IMG/VR virus record: IMGVR_UViG_2706794663_000007
Length of the DNA: 4,508 nt
DNA from: a virus
Taxonomy: Duplodnaviria; Heunggongvirae; Uroviricota; Caudoviricetes
Direction: 5' to 3' (one strand)
The notes beneath the pieces were generated by a model that did no database searches, was not told the origin of the DNA, and saw nothing but the letters and a program-made list of their open reading frames with translations. Made by a program: the position numbers and the translations under genes. Shown piece by piece: positions 1-4,508 of the stretch. How positions within the stretch are numbered: the first letter of the stretch is position 1; each line of letters starts with the position of its first letter.

Positions 1-69
1 CTTTAGAGTAACGTTGGGTTTTTCTGCTCATTATTAGCTCCTTCTGATGCCATTCTATTTCAGGAAGGA

Positions 70-333
70 GTGTCCGTTAAACTCAGGCTACCTCAGGTTA
101 TTCGCTTCTGGGCATGGGCGGATCAACAAATGATAGACGGTAATGCAGATTGTAACGCTCGCGGCGTTACAAAAAGTGCAATAGATCGCATCACTTTTAT
201 GTCTGGTTTTGCTGATGCGTTAATTCAGGTTGGATGGCTGGTCGAAAATGACGGAGGGCTTTCTCTACCTAACTTTGAACGTCATAACGGAAAAAGCTCT
301 AAAAAAAACGGGCGGTTACAAACGAGCGAGTAA
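70..333 (+). CDS. Phage replication-initiation protein, N-terminal segment (frame 1); probably one gene with the 431-754 segment, interrupted by apparent -1 frameshifts
   Basis: ORF from GTG 70 (AGGAAGGA at 62-69) to TAA 331-333. Frame 1 is closed upstream by TAG 4-6, so the gene starts inside the window. The frame ends just after an A8 run (301-308); frame 3 is open 303-632 and frame 2 from 431, and the three pieces read as one continuous sequence (..NGKSSKK / KRAVTNERVTKIRELKRKGNAAS..EEEEDL..AKNERLK / KFEPEAIELPDW..). Confidence 0.45.
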   Translation: MSVKLRLPQVIRFWAWADQQMIDGNADCNARGVTKSAIDRITFMSGFADALIQVGWLVENDGGLSLPNFERHNGKSSKKNGRLQTSE

Positions 334-430
334 CAAAAATACGCGAACTGAAACGAAAAGGTAACGCTGCCAGCGTTACACAAACGGATCAAAAAGCGTT
401 ACCAGAGGAAGAGGAAGATCTAAATACTGA

Positions 431-754
431 TCTCCCCCTCGCCAAAAACGAGCGTCTAAAAAATTCGAGCCGGAGGCTATTGAGCTGCCCGATTGGTTGC
501 CGGAAACACTCTGGCATGAGTGGGTCCGGTTCAGACAGGCATTGCGAAAACCGATTCGAACGGAGCAGGGCGCTAACGGGGCGATACGGGAACTGGAAAA
601 ATTCCGTCAGCAGGGTTTTACACCTGAGCAGGTGATTCGACACAGCATCGCCAATGAATACCAGGGCCTGTTCGCGCCGAAAGGTGTTCGGCCTGAGACG
701 TTGCTCCGACAGGTTAACACCGTCTCGTTGCCGGACAGTGCGATCCCGCCAGGC
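431..754 (+). CDS. DnaT-like (primosomal protein I-like) C-terminal domain segment of the same replication gene; 3' end lost in the N run
   Basis: Translation ..ELPDWLPETLWHEWVRFRQAL..GFTPEQVIRHSIANEYQGLFAPKGVRPETLLRQVNTVSLPDSAIPPG resembles, from memory, the C-terminal region of E. coli DnaT (..[20 protein letters not shown].. ending ..VNTVSEPDSQIPPGFRG). No ATG or GTG lies in frame between 431 and 496 (only TTG 497), consistent with an internal part of a longer protein. The last resolved codon is 752-754. Confidence 0.6.
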
Positions 755-943
755 NNNNNNNNNNNNNNNNNNNNNNNNNNNNNNNNNNNNNNNNNNNNNN
801 NNNNNNNNNNNNNNNNNNNNNNNNNNNNNNNNNNNNNNNNNNNNNNNNNNNNNNNNNNNNNNNNNNNNNNNNNNNNNNNNNNNNNNNNNNNNNNNNNNNN
901 NNNNNNNNNNNNNNNNNNNNNNNNNNNNNNNNNNNNNNNNNNN
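755..943. other. Run of 189 N (unresolved or masked sequence)
   Basis: Directly visible. Length is a multiple of 3, so the flanking frames fuse in a six-frame translation. Confidence 0.99.
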
Positions 944-1471
944 GCGAATTACCAGGTGCAGAACGACGGCCAGCGATACGCGTTAAGCCAGGCGAAATCC
1001 ATCGCCGATGAACTGATGACCGGGTGTACAAATTTTGCGTTCAGCGGAAAACCTGGTACCGGGAAGAATCACTTAGCGGCAGCTATCGGGAATCGCCTGC
1101 TGAAAGACGGTCAGACAGTGATTGTGGTTACCGTGGCTGATGTTATGAGCGCCCTGCACGCCAGCTATGACGACGGGCAGTCAGGCGAAAAATTTTTGCG
1201 GGAGCTGTGCGAAGTGGATCTGCTGGTTCTTGATGAAATTGGCATTCAGCGCGAGACGAAAAACGAGCAGGTGGTGCTGCACCAGATTGTTGATCGCCGG
1301 ACAGCGTCGATGCGCAGCGTGGGGATGCTGACAAACCTGAACTATGAGGTGATGAAAACATTGCTCGGCGAGCGGGTGATGGATCGCATGGTCATGAACG
1401 GCGGGCGCTGGGTGAATTTTAACTGGGAGAGCTGGCGTCCGAATGTTAGCCATTCGAGGGTTGTTAAGTAG
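944..1471 (+). CDS. DnaC-like AAA+ helicase loader (phage replication protein), 5'-partial
   Basis: Walker A FSGKPGTGKNHLAAAIG, Walker B DLLVLDEIG, and ..IVDRR..MLTNLNYEVMKTLLGERVMDRM..NFNWESW are colinear with E. coli DnaC from about residue 70 onward (recalled, not searched). Stop TAG 1469-1471. About 70 N-terminal codons and the start codon are not in resolved sequence. Confidence 0.85.
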   Translation, partial: ANYQVQNDGQRYALSQAKSIADELMTGCTNFAFSGKPGTGKNHLAAAIGNRLLKDGQTVIVVTVADVMSALHASYDDGQSGEKFLRELCEVDLLVLDEIGIQRETKNEQVVLHQIVDRRTASMRSVGMLTNLNYEVMKTLLGERVMDRMVMNGGRWVNFNWESWRPNVSHSRVVK

Positions 1472-1485
1472 TTTCAGGAGGATTT

Positions 1486-1908
1486 ATGGCGAAACCTTTT
1501 ACTCCCGAACAGCGGGAAGAACTGAAGACGCGAATTGTGGAACTCGTGCATCAGGACGGTCGGGTCACGATTCGGCAGTTGTCAGATGAAACAGGTATCA
1601 GTCGTGCGTCTGTCGGTCGCTTATGCATAGAACTGGTCGCAAGTGGTGATGTATATAATTCTGGCTACGGCTTATTCCCGTCTGAACAGGCTCGCAAGGA
1701 CTGGCAAAGCGCCCGCAAAAAACTCTCGAGAGTAAAGGTGAGGAAACCGGTTGTTGTTGATCCGGACCTTATCTGGTCATTACCTGACGGAGAAATACGC
1801 CGCTACGACAGGCGCCTGAATATAATCTGTCGCGAGTGCCGGAAGAGCGAAGCTATGCAGCGTGTACTGGCTTTCTATCAGGGTAATTTTCAGGAGGCGA
1901 TACTGTGA
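1486..1908 (+). CDS. Helix-turn-helix DNA-binding protein, phage-associated, function unknown
   Basis: ATG 1486 preceded by AGGAGG (1476-1481); 140 aa. The N-terminal stretch ..RVTIRQLSDETGISRASVGRLCIELVASGDV.. has the pattern of an HTH; basic C-terminal region. Stop TGA 1906-1908, only 14 nt after the DnaC-like stop (operon-like packing). Confidence 0.7.
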   Translation: MAKPFTPEQREELKTRIVELVHQDGRVTIRQLSDETGISRASVGRLCIELVASGDVYNSGYGLFPSEQARKDWQSARKKLSRVKVRKPVVVDPDLIWSLPDGEIRRYDRRLNIICRECRKSEAMQRVLAFYQGNFQEAIL

Positions 1909-2322
1909 ATGAAATTAGCTATCAGGCTTCAATTACCGCTGGCATTCGCATCAAAGGAGAGGAGCATGGAAATAAAACCAGAAGATGAGTTAAGCAATAT
2001 CGTTTTATTTCCGGTAAAAGAGGATGACCCTCGTAATCAGGTTAATTTTCTTTATGAGCCATCGGAAAGACCATATTGCCATCACGCCTCTGTACGGGTT
2101 GACGAAAAAGAGCGTCAGGTCCGCTGTAAAATCTGCGGTGCGGTTGTGGAGCCGTTTGACTGGATGCTCTCTGTGGCAAAAAGAGAAACCAGACTGGCAG
2201 ATGATGTAAGGCTATTGCGCCAGGAGGAACAGGAAAGGCGGAGAAATATAGAAAAGCTGATACAGATTGAGCGTAACGCGAAAGCGCGGATACGCAGGGC
2301 GACAAAATCCAGAACTGAATAA
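1909..2322 (+). CDS. Small zinc-ribbon/coiled-coil protein, function unknown (alternative start ATG 1966)
   Basis: ATG 1909 abuts the upstream TGA (TGAATG), with AGGAGG at 1892-1897. ATG 1966 has a better-spaced AAGGAG (1954-1959). Cys/His cluster ..PYCHHASVRVDEKERQVRCKICG.. followed by a charged segment LRQEEQERRRNIEKLIQIERNAKARIRR typical of a coiled coil. Stop TAA 2320-2322. Confidence 0.6.
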   Translation: MKLAIRLQLPLAFASKERSMEIKPEDELSNIVLFPVKEDDPRNQVNFLYEPSERPYCHHASVRVDEKERQVRCKICGAVVEPFDWMLSVAKRETRLADDVRLLRQEEQERRRNIEKLIQIERNAKARIRRATKSRTE

Positions 2323-2350
2323 TTAAATTTAGCACTGTTAAAAATTTAAT
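2322..2350. repeat. Perfect 9-bp AT-rich inverted repeat ATTAAATTT-N11-AAATTTAAT overlapping the stop codon of the zinc-ribbon gene
   Basis: 2322-2330 attaaattt is the exact reverse complement of 2342-2350 aaatttaat, with an 11-nt spacer. It sits at the 5' end of the 147-nt intergenic region before the QueH-like gene. Function unknown (operator-like site or weak hairpin). Confidence 0.5.
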
Positions 2351-2469
2351 CCTTAACCGGAGGGATTTCTGCACCCTCAAATCATCAGGAGACCACCCGA
2401 AAGGGCGGGGAGCAGTCACACATCTGTTTCCGATAGCCCCGTTCTAATGCTACACTCTTTGATATTTTT

Positions 2470-3156
2470 ATGACCCCAATAAACATATTTATGACAGTTG
2501 CTGATTTCAAACGGCCCAAATTGGAGCTCCCAAACGGGGCAAACAAACTACTACTGCACTCTTGCTGTGCTCCATGTTCCGGTGAGGTGATGGAGGCGCT
2601 TCAGGCCTCGGGAATCGACTACACCATCTTTTTCTACAACCCGAACATTCATCCTCAGAAAGAGTATTTAATTCGTAAGGATGAGAATATTCGCTTTGCT
2701 GAACAACACGGCGTGCCGTTTATTGATGCTGATTACGACACAGACAACTGGTTTGAACGAGCCAAAGGAATGGAATGGGAGCCCGAACGAGGGATCCGTT
2801 GCACCATGTGTTTTGACATGCGTTTTGAGCGGACAGCGCTGTACGCCGCTGAAAATGGTTTCAGTGTGATCAGCAGTTCACTGGGCATTTCACGCTGGAA
2901 AAATATGCAGCAGGTTAACGACTGTGGGCGGCGAGCCGTCGCGCATTATCCGGGCATGGTGTACTGGGATTATAACTGGCGCAAGCAGGGCGGCTCGTCC
3001 CGTATGATTGAAATCAGCAAGCGCGAAAAATTCTATCAGCAGGAATATTGTGGCTGTGTGTATTCTCTGCGCGATACCAATCTACACCGCAAATCTCAGG
3101 GACGCCCTCTTATCAAAATTGGTCAACTCCACTACGGTAAAGAAGAGAAGGAGTGA
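2470..3156 (+). CDS. queH: QueH-type epoxyqueuosine reductase homologue (DUF208 family)
   Basis: 228-aa ORF (ATG 2470; alternative ATG 2491; no clear Shine-Dalgarno for either). N-terminal motif [11 protein letters not shown] (2548-2580) and C-terminal [11 protein letters not shown] match the conserved cysteine motifs I associate with the QueH/DUF208 family; size is also consistent. Stop TGA 3154-3156. Family assignment is by recalled motifs, not by search. Confidence 0.7.
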   Translation: MTPINIFMTVADFKRPKLELPNGANKLLLHSCCAPCSGEVMEALQASGIDYTIFFYNPNIHPQKEYLIRKDENIRFAEQHGVPFIDADYDTDNWFERAKGMEWEPERGIRCTMCFDMRFERTALYAAENGFSVISSSLGISRWKNMQQVNDCGRRAVAHYPGMVYWDYNWRKQGGSSRMIEISKREKFYQQEYCGCVYSLRDTNLHRKSQGRPLIKIGQLHYGKEEKE

Positions 3157-3177
3157 TTTTATGGGGCACCTTTCTGA

Positions 3178-3207
3178 TTGATTTCATATTGGCGAGGTAA
3201 GTAGAAT
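3178..3207 (+). promoter_or_regulatory. Putative sigma70 promoter of the hok/mok mRNA
   Basis: -35 TTGATT (3178-3183), 18-bp spacer, -10 TAGAAT (3202-3207). The predicted start near G3214-3216 gives a 5' end GGGUGCUUGAGGCUAUCUGCUUCAGG, which resembles the conserved 5' end of hok-family mRNAs (recalled). Confidence 0.4.
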
Positions 3208-3264
3208 GACTGCGGGTGCTTGAGGCTATCTGCTTCAGGCATGAACACCAAAAGGCAGATAGAG

Positions 3265-3335
3265 AAAAGCCCCAGTTAACATTACGCGTCCGGCAAGACG
3301 CTTAACATTAATCTGAGGCCAATTTCATGCTTTGC
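3265..3335 (-). ncRNA. sok: Putative sok-like antisense RNA (approximate boundaries)
   Basis: Expected by analogy with hok/sok loci, where the antitoxin RNA is antisense to the mok translation-initiation region. On the minus strand there is a candidate promoter: -35 TTGCCT (complement of 3365-3370), 17-bp spacer, -10 TAACCT (complement of 3342-3347). This predicts a start near 3335 reading toward lower coordinates across the mok start region. No clean terminator was identified, so the 3' end is a guess. Confidence 0.3.
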
Positions 3336-3539
3336 ACATGTAGGTTAGCCTCTTACATGCCGAAAGGCAAGGAGAAGCAGGCTATGAAGCAGCAAAAGGC
3401 GATGTTAATCGCCCTGATCGTCATCTGTTTAACCGTCATAGTGACGGCACTGGTAACGAGGAAAGACCTCTGTGAGGTACGAATCCGAACCGGCCAGACG
3501 GAGGTCGCTGTCTTCGTAGACTACGAATCCAGGAAGTAA
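3327..3539 (+). CDS. mok: mok-like (modulator of killing) reading frame, an in-frame N-terminal extension of hok
   Basis: ATG 3327 with GAGG at 3315-3318; 70 codons ending at the hok stop. This in-frame extension arrangement matches my recollection of chromosomal mok/hok pairs in E. coli K-12. Confidence 0.5.
   Translation: MLCTCRLASYMPKGKEKQAMKQQKAMLIALIVICLTVIVTALVTRKDLCEVRIRTGQTEVAVFVDYESRK
3384..3539 (+). CDS. hok: Hok/Gef-family type I toxin (small membrane-damaging peptide)
   Basis: 51-aa product MKQQKAMLIALIVICLTVIVTALVTRKDLCEVRIRTGQTEVAVFVDYESRK is near-identical over about 45 residues to E. coli HokD/RelF and Gef/HokC as I recall them. AAGGAG at 3369-3374, 9 nt before ATG 3384. Hydrophobic transmembrane segment followed by the conserved RKDLCE..R..G..EVA.F..YE tail. 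Confidence 0.9.
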   Translation: MKQQKAMLIALIVICLTVIVTALVTRKDLCEVRIRTGQTEVAVFVDYESRK

Positions 3540-3547
3540 GAGTGACC

Positions 3548-3608
3548 GGGCGGGGAGCTGATCCCATCCCCGCCCACCTCTGATGTGTCAGGCATCCTCA
3601 ACGCACCC
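3548..3608 (+). promoter_or_regulatory. hok mRNA 3' structured region: perfect GC hairpin plus fbi-like element complementary to the mRNA 5' end
   Basis: 9-bp perfect stem GGGCGGGGA (3548-3556) / TCCCCGCCC (3567-3575) with a 10-nt loop, starting 9 nt after the hok stop. CCTCAACGCACCC (3596-3608) is complementary, with a 1-nt bulge, to the predicted 5' end GGGTGCTTGAGG (3214-3225). Confidence 0.45.
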
Positions 3609-3616
3609 GCACTTAA

Positions 3617-3659
3617 CCCGCCCATCGCTGTGATCTCTCAGCGTTTCGGCGGGTTTTTT
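3617..3659 (+). terminator. Rho-independent terminator of the hok transcript
   Basis: Stem CCCGCC (3617-3622) / GGCGGG (3648-3653) enclosing an inner stem CGCTG (3626-3630) / CAGCG (3639-3643), followed by T6 (3654-3659). Confidence 0.7.
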
Positions 3660-3679
3660 GTTGTTTATTTCCGGTGAAT

Positions 3680-3707
3680 TTGATTCGCGCACCTTCGCAG
3701 ATAGAAT
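3680..3707 (+). promoter_or_regulatory. Putative sigma70 promoter for the downstream two-ORF unit
   Basis: -35 TTGATT (3680-3685), 16-bp spacer, -10 TAGAAT (3702-3707), immediately after the hok terminator. The hexamers and the flanking TAGAAT-N-GACT are the same as in the hok promoter (3178-3207). Confidence 0.35.
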
Positions 3708-3788
3708 CGACTCACTTAAGTAGCGCGCAGGGAGAAGAGGGATGGACCCCGAACAGGGGAGAGCTATTTATCTGGAAGGATTCTGAAG

Positions 3789-4076
3789 ATGAAAATCGAA
3801 GAATTGCGTGAAATTTTTAGTGAAAATGGCCTCTATGCTGTGCGCGTTGAGAATGGAGCGATTGTCAGCCATTGCCGCATTAGATGTTTGCAATCTCAAC
3901 AAAGGAAGAGCGGTGCTGTGTTATTTTATTTTTGTAATGGACTTCTGACGGACGGTTTTATTTTGCGTGAGGACGAATTTGTCACATCATTACGGGTTTT
4001 GAAAGAGATTGGTTTTAAGGCTGGTTTTCTGCTTTTGCTGAAGAATAAACTCATCTACAATCTTGAGCAGGATTGA
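3789..4076 (+). CDS. Hypothetical small protein (95 aa), phage-associated
   Basis: ATG 3789 with GGAAGGA (3774-3780) 8 nt upstream; stop TGA 4074-4076. AT-richer than the replication genes by eye. No family recognised. Confidence 0.55.
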   Translation: MKIEELREIFSENGLYAVRVENGAIVSHCRIRCLQSQQRKSGAVLFYFCNGLLTDGFILREDEFVTSLRVLKEIGFKAGFLLLLKNKLIYNLEQD

Positions 4077-4114
4077 ACTCCTGCTGTGTAACACCGTGCC
4101 ACCGGAGAAAGCCG

Positions 4115-4468
4115 ATGGCACATATACAACTGGTCAAACAAACCTCTTCCGGATTACTTCTCCCGGCGACGCCGGAGAGTTGCGATTTTCTGCATCAAAT
4201 CAAAATAGGTGAGTGGATACACGCAGACTTTAAGCGTGTGTGTAACTACGCATTCCACAAGCGTTTTTTCAAACTCCTGCAACTGGGTTTCGATTACTGG
4301 ACTCCGGTCGGTGGGGCGATCACGCCTCGCGAACGAAAACTGGTGTCCGGTTTCGTTGATTACCTGTGTGAATCAGTAGGCCGGGAACATACGCCAGCTC
4401 TGAGCGAAGCCGCAGAGCAATTGAGGTGTACTGGCAATAGCGGACACTACCATTTGTTCTTTTTTTAA
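4115..4468 (+). CDS. Hypothetical protein (117 aa from ATG 4115), phage-associated
   Basis: ATG 4115 with GGAGA (4104-4108) 6 nt upstream. The ORF track starts at an upstream TTG 4073 that overlaps the preceding stop and is probably not the real start. Stop TAA 4466-4468 falls at the end of a T7 run (4460-4466). No family recognised. Confidence 0.55.
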   Translation: MAHIQLVKQTSSGLLLPATPESCDFLHQIKIGEWIHADFKRVCNYAFHKRFFKLLQLGFDYWTPVGGAITPRERKLVSGFVDYLCESVGREHTPALSEAAEQLRCTGNSGHYHLFFF

Positions 4469-4508
4469 GCAGCCATCTGATGATATTTTTCCCTGAAGGC
4501 TGCCGGGG

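Noticed and set aside
301-308. Programmed -1 ribosomal frameshifting at the A8 tract as the primary explanation
   Set aside because: A second -1 shift would be needed 150 nt later at another poly-A, and no downstream stimulatory structure is evident. Homopolymer indel error or pseudogenisation is more parsimonious; kept only as an alternative in the findings.
389-643. Minus-strand 84-aa ORF
   Set aside because: Antisense to the region where the replication gene reads in frames 3 and 2; no start signal context and no recognisable motif. The + strand homology explains the open frame.
654-1031. ORFs 654-986 (+) and 714-1031 (-) in the track
   Set aside because: Both consist largely of X from the N run and have no interpretable coding content.
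1143-1453. Minus-strand ORFs 1143-1361 and 1181-1453
   Set aside because: Entirely antisense to the strongly supported DnaC-like CDS; typical shadow ORFs in GC-rich coding sequence.
497-1471. 324-aa ORF in the supplied track
   Set aside because: It is translated through 189 N (63 X codons) and fuses two different proteins (DnaT-like C-terminus and DnaC-like loader). Its TTG start at 497 lies inside a longer open frame. Split into 431-754 and 944-1471.
2024-2209. Internal + strand 61-aa ORF
   Set aside because: Alternative frame inside the zinc-ribbon CDS; no independent support.
2396-2405. CCC-GAAA-GGG mini-hairpin considered as a terminator or RNA motif
   Set aside because: Only a 3-bp stem with no T tract; too weak to call on its own.
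2042-2419. Minus-strand 125-aa ORF
   Set aside because: Antisense to the zinc-ribbon gene and running into the intergenic hairpin region; proline- and serine-rich low-complexity translation; no ribosome-binding site.
2681-2869. Internal + strand 62-aa ORF
   Set aside because: Alternative frame inside the QueH-like CDS, whose conserved motifs define the true frame.
3161-3181. Tiny ORF MGHLSD between the QueH-like stop and the hok promoter
   Set aside because: Six codons, no ribosome-binding site, overlaps the promoter -35 region; chance ORF.
4073-4114. TTG start and N-terminal extension MNSCCVTPCHRRKP of the last ORF
   Set aside because: The TTG overlaps the preceding stop and has no Shine-Dalgarno, whereas ATG 4115 has GGAGA 6 nt upstream. 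The extension is probably an ORF-finder artefact.
1-4508. CRISPR arrays, tRNA or rRNA genes, IS elements or integrase signatures
   Set aside because: No array of regularly spaced direct repeats, no cloverleaf-compatible segments, no terminal inverted repeats with transposase ORFs were seen.

Overview
All credible genes are on the + strand and look like the replication-to-nin segment of a lambdoid (Rac/Qin-like) prophage from an enterobacterium. In order: (1) a phage replication-initiation gene with a DnaT-like C-terminal domain, split over three reading frames at poly-A tracts and running into a 189-nt run of N; (2) a DnaC-like AAA+ helicase loader whose 5' end is lost in the N run; (3) a helix-turn-helix protein and (4) a small zinc-ribbon/coiled-coil protein that share one reading frame separated only by a TGA codon; (5) a QueH-type (DUF208) epoxyqueuosine reductase homologue, an unusual cargo gene for this position and the most interesting item; (6) a complete hok/mok/sok-type type I toxin-antitoxin locus with promoter, 5'/3' fold-back complementarity and intrinsic terminator; (7) two small uncharacterised ORFs behind a promoter that nearly duplicates the hok promoter. 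No rRNA, tRNA, CRISPR array or IS element was seen. The 324-aa ORF in the supplied track is an artefact of translating through the N run. All family assignments rest on motif recognition from memory; no database search was run.
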